NCBI GenBank assembly: GCA_965199745.1
Contig: CBDATB010000013.1
Location: 511,438-535,437, forward strand
Source: Flammeovirgaceae bacterium
Lineage (GTDB): Bacteria; Bacteroidota; Bacteroidia; Cytophagales; Flammeovirgaceae
Direction of reading: 5' to 3'
DNA length: 24,000 nt
Shown one piece after another: positions 15,466 to 24,000 of the stretch; position 1 is the stretch's first letter; the number at the start of each line of letters is the position of its first letter. A program made the position numbers and the translations under genes. Under the pieces are notes generated by a model, which made no database searches, was not told where the DNA came from, and saw only the letters and a program-made list of their open reading frames with translations.

Positions 15466-16494
15466 TTATTTGTCGTTTTTATCGAGGCTGAAACTAAAGA
15501 CAGTGCCTTTTCCGTGCTTACTTTTTACCATCACTTGTTTGCTATGTCCTTCTAGGATATGTTTAACAATTGCCAAACCCAGACCTGTGCCTCCACGCTC
15601 TTTTGAACGGCTTTTGTCTACTCTATAAAAACGCTCAAAAATACGATCGATATGTTCTTTACTAATTCCGGTACCATTGTCTTTAATAACGATTAAAACA
15701 TTTTTTTTCGAATCAATGACACTCAATTTTACCCAGCCACCTTTTCTGCCGTACTTAATACCGTTGTGTATCAGATTGATTAGTACCCGCCTGATTTTAT
15801 GCTCATCGGCATATACTTGCAGTGCTTTTTTCGGGAGCATATTATATAGATGTATTTCCTGCCGAGCGGCTTTATCTTCAATTTCTTCAGCTACTTCTTT
15901 CACTAAGGCACATATATCAAACTTAGTCATGTGTATAGGTAAAACACCAGATTCTATCTGTGAGAGTGTTAGCAAATCTTGTACTAATACATCGAGCCTG
16001 TCGAGAGTAGTGGCAGCTTTTTCGAGAAATTTATAGTTGACATCAGGATCTTCTATCCCGCCATCAATGAGCGTATGAACGTAACCTTGCGCAGAAAAAA
16101 CAGGTGTTTTCAACTCATGTGATATATCAGCAATAAATTCTTTACGGTAAGCTTCCAGCTTTTTAAGCTCATCTATTTCACTTTCTTTATTTTTGATATA
16201 ATGGAAGATTTGTTTGTTAATTATCTGGAAAGGATTAACACTATTAGTAAGTTTTTTATCCAGCTCAAGTTGCTGCCTGCTAAGGCTGTTTAGACCGGTA
16301 TAAATCTTATTAATCTGGTTGAAAATAAGTATTTCCAAAGTAATATAAATACTAATAAAAGCGATAGTAAATACAATAATAAAGATAAAAATCAAGACAT
16401 TGGCCGGTATTTCTGTCAGGGAAAGGAATAGAACGGAAAGAAATGATATGAGGCAAGATAAGAGCAGAGCAACGCCTTTGGAGTTGTAGAGCAT
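15466..16494 (-). CDS. Sensor histidine kinase with two TM helices and a minimal external loop
   Basis: H-box ADISHELKTPV with HATPase_c N, G1 and G2 blocks (NLIHNGIKYG, DNGTGI, GGTGLGLAI). Two N-terminal hydrophobic helices are separated by about 6 residues. Confidence 0.9.
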   Translation of the reverse strand: MLYNSKGVALLLSCLISFLSVLFLSLTEIPANVLIFIFIIVFTIAFISIYITLEILIFNQINKIYTGLNSLSRQQLELDKKLTNSVNPFQIINKQIFHYIKNKESEIDELKKLEAYRKEFIADISHELKTPVFSAQGYVHTLIDGGIEDPDVNYKFLEKAATTLDRLDVLVQDLLTLSQIESGVLPIHMTKFDICALVKEVAEEIEDKAARQEIHLYNMLPKKALQVYADEHKIRRVLINLIHNGIKYGRKGGWVKLSVIDSKKNVLIVIKDNGTGISKEHIDRIFERFYRVDKSRSKERGGTGLGLAIVKHILEGHSKQVMVKSKHGKGTVFSFSLDKNDK

Positions 16495-16524
16495 GGCGTT
16501 AGTTATATTTATTATGAAAAAATA

Positions 16525-17211
16525 TTAATTCAGTTCAAATTTATACCCTACTCCCTTAACGGTTTTAATGTACTGATTACCAATTTTTTCACGAATTCTC
16601 CTGATATGCACGTCTACAGTCCTGACCAACACTAGCACGTCCGAACCCCAAATGCGTTGTAATAATTGCTCTCTACTGTAGACCTTATTGGGATTACTAG
16701 CCAAAAAATGTACCAGTTCAAATTCTTTTTTAGGCAAGTTAAAAGGTTTTTCTTTTATGTGCAATAAGTACGCAGACTTATCAATTTTTAAGTTTCCTAC
16801 AACGGTAATATCTTTATATTCTGAAGTGCTTTTTTCTTTTTGTCTCCTAAAAAGTGCATGAATTCGGCTCAATAGTGCTCGCGGCTTAATAGGTTTGGTA
16901 ATATAATCATCGGCTCCGGCACCAAAAGCAGCTACTTCAGAGTATTCTTCTGTGCGGGCAGTGAGGAAAACAATAAAGGATTGTCCTAAAACTAGATGTT
17001 CACGAATACGCCGGCAAGCTTCTACGCCGTCTAACATGGGCATCATAATATCTAACAATATCAAATCAGGTGAAAAAGTTTTCGCAACCTCAAAAGCCTC
17101 CTGACCGTTTGCAGCTTGCATCACTTGATAACCTTCTTTACGAAGGTTGTAGGTAAGTATTTCGACAATATCGGGATCATCATCGACGATTAATATTTTT
17201 TTATTTTTCAT
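16525..17211 (-). CDS. OmpR/PhoB-type response regulator
   Basis: Receiver domain (ILIVDDDPD...DLILLDIMMP...TAR...KP) plus a winged-helix trans_reg_C region (REQLL...VDVHIRRIREKI...VKGVGYKF). Length is 228 aa. Confidence 0.9.
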   Translation of the reverse strand: MKNKKILIVDDDPDIVEILTYNLRKEGYQVMQAANGQEAFEVAKTFSPDLILLDIMMPMLDGVEACRRIREHLVLGQSFIVFLTARTEEYSEVAAFGAGADDYITKPIKPRALLSRIHALFRRQKEKSTSEYKDITVVGNLKIDKSAYLLHIKEKPFNLPKKEFELVHFLASNPNKVYSREQLLQRIWGSDVLVLVRTVDVHIRRIREKIGNQYIKTVKGVGYKFELN

Positions 17212-17321
17212 ACCAATGCTTTTTTCAATTAACTGACAGCGATATCAGATCAAAGGCTGCTTAAAGCATATTTGGATAAGGGTTTATTAGGCCCTTGATC
17301 AATCACTTGAATTGCCAATAG

Positions 17322-19578
17322 TCAATGTTCAGCAATGAGTTTTTTGATTGCTTTTTCATTGATCTTTGTGTTGTATTTCGCTCTTAGCCCCCTGAGCCAT
17401 TCATCTTCTTTAATACGCTGAAAATCAGCAATAACTTGCCCTTTAGTATCTGGCAAGTCCTTCAAATCACCTGTACTAACTGCATCAACCAACACTACAT
17501 AGTAACGACCTTGATTAAAAAAATCATACTTTCCAGGCTGCCAACCAGTGCTGTCTATCCAAATATTATCACCTGCTTGAAACCATTGCTCAACAATACG
17601 GGCAGTGCTGTCTGCCTTTTGCAAGTTGCTTGCAAGATTTTTTTTACCACCACCCAAAAAACTAAAACGCACACTGTCCTCATCAAAAAGTGCGGGGGTA
17701 AGCAAAACATTTATCTGTTCATCTTGCATACCCAAAGCACTTAAATATCCTCGTATTTTATACAGTCTGTTTGCATTTACCAGTGAATCAGCATTAGTCG
17801 ACAAGGTCAGTATAATTGTATTTGATTGCTGCTGTCTGAATTTTCTGACCAGTTCATTTAAATTTTTTCGGATTTGTGCATCAAAAGCAAAAATGCCGGG
17901 TGGAAAATATATTCCCCGCAAACGAGCATCTTGTATTGCTTCGGACTCGGGCAGTTGATTGATAAAAACCGTTTTCAAAGAATCGCTTACTGTCTCAAAA
18001 ATACTCGCTTTGACCCTTTTACCCCAGCGGTAACGGTCGCGATTAGCCCGAAAATAAGCATTGACGGCGGCAGTGTCTTGGCTCTGATTCCATACTTGAC
18101 GCTCCATCAGATTAAATACCAAAATACCTTCTTTGTATTCTTTCAACAAATAGCGATATTCTGGATAATAGACTTCCAAGTGTGCTTCTTCATAGGCCAC
18201 AAGCATGTCTGCTACGTAGACCTCGTATAAAGTGTTGAGGTAGTTTTGCCGCTTAGTTGAGGGCAGTTGCTTTCTCTGTTTAGTTTTGACGTAGTTCAAA
18301 AAATGATTTTTTGTATAGCTTTGGTCAGCTATTTGTAAAAATACGGTATCGGCACCTAAAAAAGTATTCGGCTGCCATTTTCCGTATAAAACTGCTGTGT
18401 CAATATAGGTAAAAACCCACTGACGACGATTCGGAAACTCCTTGATAGTGTGTTTTTTTTTTAGCTTTTGTATCAATAGTTGGCGCGTATGCTTGCCGCG
18501 GTACGTGGATTTGACCCTAGAAGTCAAACGATCTTTTACTTCTTCAAAAGAAGCAATAGGATATTTCTGTAATAATTTAGCGATGTGCCAACCATGCGCT
18601 GTTCTAAAAGGCTGGGATATATATCCGGGTTTTTCCAGCCTAAAAGCAGCTTCAGTAAAACCGGAAATAACCTCTCCAGGACCGAATACGGGCAGTTCGC
18701 CATTTTTATTTTTACTAAAAGAATCTTCACTGTATTGCTTACAAACCGCACCCCATTTTTTACCCTCTTGAAGTGCTTGGAAAGCCCGCCTGATTTTGCT
18801 TGCTGCCTGTATAGTATCTTTGTTGTTTTTGACCATAATATGCGCCATTCTTAATTTTCCTCTCGCCGCAATACGGTCTTTTACCTGAATAATATGATAG
18901 CCAAACTTTGTTCTTACTGGCTCAGATAGCTGACCTACAGGTGTATGATAAGCAGCATTTTCAAAAGGATATACCATGCTCAAAGCAGTAAAATAACCCA
19001 AGTCTCCTTGATTTTTTTTTACCGATGGGTCTTGCGAATACTGCATTGCAAGGCTTGCAAAACTTTCCCCAGCCATTACCTGCCGCCTAATTTGTTTGAT
19101 CTTCATCAGTGCTTTTAGTGTATCTTGCGGAGGAGCATCCTCTGCAACACGGACAAGTATATGAGCGGCTTTTACTTCCTCCTGCGAACGCTTATAGGCT
19201 TGTTTTACCAGTTGGTCGATAACACCTTGGTCGCTGAGATAAGGTGCTGACAGTTGTTTTTTGTATCCTTCAAATTCTCTTTTTAAACGCTTGGTGTCTA
19301 TCTAAACCCACGCTGAGTGCTTCTGTAACTTTTAGCTTGAAATCGGTAAATAAGCCCAAATACTCCCTCAAACTCTGCTCCGTATACAATCCTGGCTTAG
19401 TGCCATAATTTTTATGATAGAAATAAACAAATTCTTCTTTGTATATCTGTTGCTCACCAACCGTTAAAATTACTGAGTCATCCCTAGAAATTCTACTCGT
19501 ATCTGCCGCCGAACGCTGACTCACCTGACATGCATAGTTGAATGCAAATAAGAATAATGGCCAGTAGCTTCTTTTCAT
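17322..19578 (-). pseudogene. Large periplasmic parvulin-type peptidyl-prolyl isomerase (SurA/PpiD-like), frame broken near its N-terminus
   Basis: The 19578-19270 ORF has a signal peptide (MKRSYWPLFLFAFNYAC...) and a chaperone-like N-domain. After ...EALSVGLD the sensible reading (DTKRLKREFEGYKKQLSAPYLSDQGVIDQLVKQAYKRSQEEVKAAHILVRV...) continues in another frame into the 19106-17322 ORF. Two parvulin domains are present: GDLGYF...GYHIIQV and NGELPVFG...HGWHIAKL. The break lies at about 19295-19302. 2257 nt is 1 mod 3. Confidence 0.8.
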
Positions 19579-19622
19579 TTCACGAATTTTTTTTTATTTT
19601 TACTTGATATAAGCAAAGGTAG

Positions 19623-19636
19623 TTGATAATTATCAA
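19623..19636. promoter_or_regulatory. Perfect 14-bp palindrome TTGATAATTATCAA in a divergent promoter region
   Basis: Read directly. It lies between the PPIase gene (start 19578, minus strand) and the sugar kinase gene (start 19696, plus strand). Confidence 0.3.
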
Positions 19637-19682
19637 ATGAAGAATAATTACTAATAAACAGCGTCAGTCAACACCAAGTTGC

Positions 19683-19690
19683 TATATTTG
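19683..19690 (+). promoter_or_regulatory. TAnnTTTG (-7-like) motif immediately upstream of the kinase start
   Basis: TATATTTG ends 5 nt before the ATG at 19696, which would imply a very short leader. This is a motif match only. Confidence 0.3.
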
Positions 19691-19695
19691 CCCTT

Positions 19696-20549
19696 ATGAT
19701 AAAACTCATAGCAGACAGCGGCTCTACCAAAGCCGACTGGTCGTTGCTTAGCAAAGATGGTAATCCTTTTCATTTCATGTCTATGGGCTTAAATCCCCTC
19801 CAAACCGATGAGCAACAATTCAGGGCGATTATCAAAAAGCAGGTACTCCCCGCACTGTCTACTCAGCCGCCTAATCACATTTATTTTTATGGTGCAGGGT
19901 GCTATCAGCAGCGTACGAGTACTCTTGTACAAGATATTTTACAATCATTTTTCTTACAGGCAAATGTTGAGGTTTATACCGATTTACTCGGTGCATGCAG
20001 GGCTTTATCTGCAAATCAGAAGAGTATTGTTAGTATTTTGGGTACAGGTGCTAGCAGTTGTGTGTTCAAACGGAACAACTATTCAAGATACAAGACTCGG
20101 TTTGGGTTATGTTTTAGGCGATGAAGGTAGTGGAGCTGTTTTAGGGGAAAAATTTGCTCTCACGTTATTTGAACAATGAGCTACCGAAAGATCTTATGGA
20201 AAGCTTTTCTAAACAATATAATATCGAAAAAGATTCAGTGCTAGAAAGGGTATATCAGAAGAATAAACCTAATCGGTATTTGGCGTCTTTTGCCCTGTAC
20301 TTACATCAAAACCGACAAAAACCTTATGTAGCTAATTTGTTAGTAAAAAATTTTCAGCAGTTTTTTGAAAAATATATTTTTTCAATACCCAATTATTCGC
20401 AATACGTATTTCATTTTACGGGTTCTATTGCTTATAACTTCTCAGAAATATTACGAAAACTCATGGACACCTACACGTTAAAAACAGGAAAAATTTTGCA
20501 GTCACCTATTGAGGGTTTAAGTGTATTCCATAGCAGATTTTACCGCTGA
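19696..20549 (+). pseudogene. BadF/BadG/BcrA/BcrD-type ATPase, i.e. a GlcNAc or MurNAc kinase-like sugar kinase (MurK-like by context), with two frame disruptions
   Basis: The N-terminus MIKLIADSGSTKADW is an actin-fold phosphate-1 motif. ILGTGASSCVF jumps to NGTTIQDTRLGLGYVLGDEGSGAVLGEK in the +1 frame, at the A3 run 20068-20070. It jumps again to LLSRYLNNELPKDL... at the A5/T3 runs 20148-20155. 854 nt minus 2 gives 284 codons. Adjacent to murQ. Confidence 0.8.
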
Positions 20550-20657
20550 GTTTGCAAAAAATTGATTGTTTTAAGCTCGATTCACAGAATTGCTCTGTTT
20601 TGTAGTTGGGATTATCAAAAAAGTAAAAAAAATAGAACTACGACAAGAGAAATAAAA

Positions 20658-21473
20658 ATGAAAATTACTGAACTACCCTCTCCCTACGATGATTTGGAGT
20701 CAATGCCTGTCGAAGAATTACTGATAAATATTAATCGGGAAGATCGGAAAGTGCCACAAGTAGTCGGTAAAGTAATTCCTCAAATCACAAAACTGGTTGT
20801 TGCCCTTGTTGCCCGCTTTAAAGCGGGCGGACGGCTTTTTTATATAGGCGCGGGAACGAGCGGACGGTTGGGCGTTGTAGATGCTTCGGAAATTCCACCT
20901 ACTTATGGTGTACCCCACGGAAGAGTTATTGGTTTAATCGCGGGCGGAGATAGCGCAATTCGAAAAGCAGTTGAATTTGCAGAAGATAGCCACCAACAGG
21001 CATGGCAAGACCTGCAAGCATACCAGATAAACGACCGCGATACGCTCATTGGTATTGCTTCTTCAGGTACAACTCCTTATGTAATTGGTGGGCTAGACAG
21101 TGCCCGAAGGCAAGGTATACTCACAGCCTGCATTACAAATAATCTCAATACGCCACTGGCAAAAATAGCTGAAATACCTGTTGAAGTCATTGTAGGTCCG
21201 GAATTTGTCACGGGTAGTACCCGCATGAAGGGAGGTACTTCACAAAAGCTTATTTTAAATATGATTTCTACGGCTCTGATGGTTCGGCTAGGCAAAATTG
21301 AAGGTAATAAAATGGTTGATATGCAGCTGAGCAACAATAAACTTATCGAAAGAGGTATGCGTATGCTACAAGAGACACTGGATGTTGATGCAGAAACTGC
21401 AGCAGGCTTACTCCAAAGATATGGATCTGTTAGGCAAGCGATAAGGCAACAAAGAGACAATTTTCACACATGA
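20658..21473 (+). CDS. murQ: N-acetylmuramic acid 6-phosphate etherase
   Basis: SIS-domain motifs are present: GGRLFYIGAGTSGRLGVVDASEIPPTYG, IGIASSGTTPYV and GSTRMKGGTSQK. I prefer the ATG at 20658 (MKITELPSPYDDLE...) to the TTG at 20562. Confidence 0.9.
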   Translation: MKITELPSPYDDLESMPVEELLININREDRKVPQVVGKVIPQITKLVVALVARFKAGGRLFYIGAGTSGRLGVVDASEIPPTYGVPHGRVIGLIAGGDSAIRKAVEFAEDSHQQAWQDLQAYQINDRDTLIGIASSGTTPYVIGGLDSARRQGILTACITNNLNTPLAKIAEIPVEVIVGPEFVTGSTRMKGGTSQKLILNMISTALMVRLGKIEGNKMVDMQLSNNKLIERGMRMLQETLDVDAETAAGLLQRYGSVRQAIRQQRDNFHT

Positions 21474-21647
21474 GCGGGCTTTCCGAAAAATGAAATGAGA
21501 AAAGACAGTTTTATTGGAGTCATCTAAAATTTTGGGTTTTAAAAAATTTAATTACTATTTTCGCACGCTATACTACTCGCAAGTAGGCTGTAGTTAATCT
21601 AAATAATTCAATTTACTTCTTTATATCTAAAAATTGAAAAATAAACT

Positions 21648-21842
21648 ATGTTAGTTATCCAAGTAAAAGATAATGAGACGATAGACAAAGCCTTGAAAAG
21701 ATTCAAGAAAAAATTTGAAAAAACTGGTGTCTTGAAGCAAGTAAGGACAAAGGCGTTTTATGAGAAACCTTCTATGAGCAGAAGAAATGCAAAGTCGCGC
21801 TCTTCTTACAAACAAAAAATGATCTTACAGGAAAACAATTAA
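21648..21842 (+). CDS. rpsU: 30S ribosomal protein S21
   Basis: 64 aa and strongly basic. ...ETIDKALKRFKKKFEKTGVLKQVR...FYEKPS..RR... is the typical S21 pattern. Confidence 0.9.
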   Translation: MLVIQVKDNETIDKALKRFKKKFEKTGVLKQVRTKAFYEKPSMSRRNAKSRSSYKQKMILQENN

Positions 21843-22034
21843 TATGTTTAACACGTGTTTAAGATAAGCTTTTGCTGCTAAAAGAAATATTTTAACAGTT
21901 TTTAATTTTTCCTTAAAGGTATAGTAAAAACATCGATAGCTCCATGAACTGATCGCTGTACTCTTAAATAGCCATCCATCGCATTGATCTTTACGCAGCA
22001 TATACGCCGTTCTCATTCAATTTAAACCACGTAC

Positions 22035-23646
22035 ATGGCTATTATATTTAAACAAATAGATGAGTTATCTCTGCGTCTGTCTGCTACCGTAGAACGAAGT
22101 GTATCTTTTCCCTTTTTCTTCTTCACCTTCTTTATGTCTATAGGCGGACTCTCTTGGGGTATTTTATGTATTGTTTTCGGACTTTATACGGCAGCGATTA
22201 TTCCACTTCTATATGTAGTATTCAGTGTTTTTAATATTCTTATTCTTAGAAAAGAAGATTTTTTCTATGAAATACGTTTTTTTCAAACGCTCAACAGTGT
22301 ACTAATGCCTTTTATTTTTCAGGCTGTTTTAGGTGGAATTGTATACACTGGCGCGGTAATGGTGTGGTCTTTACTGTCGCTCATCGCCTGTCTGATGTTT
22401 TACAAAAAAAATCAAGTGTGGCTTTGGCTACTCACTTTCGCTGTACTTGTAGGTACAAGTGTATACTTCGACCAATATTTCCAATACTTAGCATTAGAAC
22501 CCCTAAAAAGCCATACTGCTCAACAAAGTCTGTTCTTCGCTAATTTTCTTATGGTTGGTGCGATAGTCTTTTTCTTAGGCAGTTACTTCATCAATTCCCA
22601 AAGAAAAACTTTCCGTCAGTTGAAACAACTCAATACACGAGTAACAAATTCAGAAAAAAAGCTACACAAGGCTTACCAAGAAGTATTGTCTTCTGAGGAA
22701 GAAGCCAGAGAGTTCGCAGAAGAATTACAAAGAGCTAACGCAAATCTTTCTGCTGCAAATAAGCAACTAATAAATACCCAAAAATACTTAGAGAATGCGT
22801 TGGCAAGAGAGAAAAAAGCACTAAATGAAGTACTTAACAAAGATGCAGAAATCATCAAAAAAAACCAAGCTATACAGAGTAGCCTGAATTATGCCAAAAG
22901 AATACAAGATGCACTCCTTCTGTCTAAAGGTGACTTACAAACCCATTTTCCAGAGTCTTTTATCATTCACAGGGCAAGAGATACCGTAAGCGGAGATTTT
23001 TACTGGTTCGGACAGCAAGCAAATAAAATTATTACAGGAGCAATAGACTGCACGGGTCATGGTGTTCCGGGGGCAATTGTCAGCATTATAGGTAATGAAA
23101 AAATGAATGAGATTGTACATACAAAAGGTATTACGACTCCCAATAAAATTTTAAACGAGTTGCACAAAAGCATAGTCGATTGTTTAAAACAAAGAGATAC
23201 ACGTAATAGAGACGGTATGGATATGTCCATCTGTACCTATGACAAAAGCACGAATACATTAGAAACGGCAGGTGCTAAAAGTCCTTTCCTTTATATTCAG
23301 AGAAATCAACTATTTGAGATAAAAGGCGAAAAATTGCCTATTGGTCTAGTAATTAGAGCAAACATAACAGAAAGAGCATACCAAAAACATACCGTCAACA
23401 TTGACAATACTACCTGCTGTTACATGCTCTCGGACGGCTTTCAAGATCAATTTGGCGGTCTTAAAAACAAAAGGTTCATGTTGACAAGATTAAAAAAGTT
23501 ACTACAAGAAATACATCCCTTCCCAATGAAAGAACAAAAAAAAAATACTCGAAAGCACCTTAGACAGTTGGATGAATCAAGACGAAAAAAGACCAGAGAG
23601 ACAGCTAGATGACATCCTTGTTATTGGTTTTAAAATAAAAAATTAG
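22035..23646 (+). pseudogene. Multi-pass membrane sensor with a coiled coil and a C-terminal PP2C/SpoIIE-type phosphatase domain; the 3' end is frameshifted in an A10 tract
   Basis: About 6 N-terminal TM helices, then a coiled coil (EEEAREFAEELQRANANLSAANKQL), then a PP2C region (SGDFYWF...DCTGHGVPGA...DGMDMS...SDGFQDQFGG). After the A10 run (23536-23545) the annotated frame becomes a basic tail ending at 23612. The +1 frame reads [33 protein letters not shown] to 23646, which is the conserved final PP2C motif. Confidence 0.8.
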
Positions 23647-23696
23647 GCCTAGAAATACACTCAGAAAAAAATTTTGATACCAAACTATCAGCTCAG

Positions 23697-24000
23697 ATGA
23701 CAGAAGCAGAAAACATCATATCAGTAAATATTGAAGATGAAATGCGCGGTGCTTATATCGACTACTCCATGTCGGTCATTATCGCTAGAGCACTGCCCGA
23801 TGTGAGAGACGGACTCAAACCTGTACACAGGAGAGTACTCTACGGGATGGTGGAACTAGGACTTCATTTCAATAGATCGTATAAAAAGTCAGCTAGAATT
23901 GTAGGAGAAGTACTCGGCAAATACCATCCGCATGGGGATAGCTCAGTGTATGACTCGATGGTGAGAATGGCACAAGAATGGTCGTTGAGATACCCATTAG
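23697..24000 (+). CDS. gyrA: DNA gyrase subunit A, 5' part; continues beyond the window
   Basis: The N-terminal sequence is highly conserved: [37 protein letters not shown]...[20 protein letters not shown]. Confidence 0.95.
   Translation, partial: MTEAENIISVNIEDEMRGAYIDYSMSVIIARALPDVRDGLKPVHRRVLYGMVELGLHFNRSYKKSARIVGEVLGKYHPHGDSSVYDSMVRMAQEWSLRYPL

Noticed and set aside
17436-18854. Six plus- or minus-strand ORFs (17436-17744, 17605-17958, 17874-18230, 18442-18771, 18536-18751, 18585-18854)
   Set aside because: All are alternative frames or antisense within the 1.8-kb PPIase ORF, which has two parvulin domains.
19623-19636. Fur box interpretation of TTGATAATTATCAA
   Set aside because: The half-sites resemble TGATAA, but the spacing and length do not match the 19-bp or 7-1-7 Fur consensus. 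It is kept only as a generic palindrome.
20562-20657. TTG-initiated N-terminal extension of murQ
   Set aside because: The extension (MIVLSSIHRIALFCSWDYQKSKKNRTTTREIK) is not MurQ-like. The ATG at 20658 gives a normal-length protein of about 271 aa.
21077-21460. 127-aa minus-strand ORF
   Set aside because: It is antisense to murQ, and its Ser/Cys/Leu-rich composition is typical of a shadow ORF.
21850-21859. AACACGTGTT palindrome and a weak CTTTT-n6-AAAAG hairpin after rpsU as a terminator
   Set aside because: The stems are only 5 bp and AT-rich and no convincing U-tract follows, so the evidence does not support a rho-independent terminator.
21825-22016. 63-aa minus-strand ORF between rpsU and the PP2C sensor gene
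   Set aside because: It has no motifs, overlaps the rpsU stop and has a composition typical of random ORFs in AT-rich spacers. A small protein cannot be fully excluded.
1-24000. Search for CRISPR arrays, IS elements or transposases, integrases, tRNA or rRNA genes, toxin-antitoxin or defence-system signatures
   Set aside because: I noticed no spaced direct repeats, terminal inverted repeats, transposase- or integrase-like ORFs, or cloverleaf-capable conserved segments. Intergenic regions are short, apart from 9949-10432, 11363-11921 and 21474-22034, which are accounted for above.

Overview
AT-rich chromosomal window whose gene content and promoter-like TAnnTTTG motifs suggest Bacteroidota (inference; no rRNA or tRNA here to confirm). 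Bases 1-9948 hold a [NiFe]-hydrogenase accessory and maturation locus. It has canonical genes: a maturation endopeptidase, hypC, hypF, hypD and hypE. Interleaved with them are non-canonical genes: a Cys-rich small protein, a HucE/HhyE-like protein with a degenerate Rieske motif, two exported LolA-like paralogues, a CooC-type CxC nickel ATPase in the position where hypB would be expected, and an antisense TetR regulator next to a perfect 20-bp palindrome. No hypA, hypB or hydrogenase structural genes lie in the window; the structural genes are presumably just upstream. Bases 10-24 kb are housekeeping genes: ribF, purA, a TrpB2-like enzyme, lpxH, a two-component pair, a large parvulin-type PPIase, a BadF-type sugar kinase plus murQ, rpsU, a membrane PP2C/SpoIIE sensor phosphatase and the 5' end of gyrA. 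I count at least 8 single-nucleotide frame disruptions in 6 otherwise well-conserved genes: hypE, a small gene after ribF (x2), purA, the PPIase, the sugar kinase (x2) and the PP2C sensor. Consensus sequencing error is the most likely cause, but real pseudogenisation or tract slippage cannot be excluded from sequence alone. I found no CRISPR array, IS element or transposase, integrase, tRNA or rRNA. All coordinates were indexed by hand, and family assignments rest on motifs I recognise, not on database searches.
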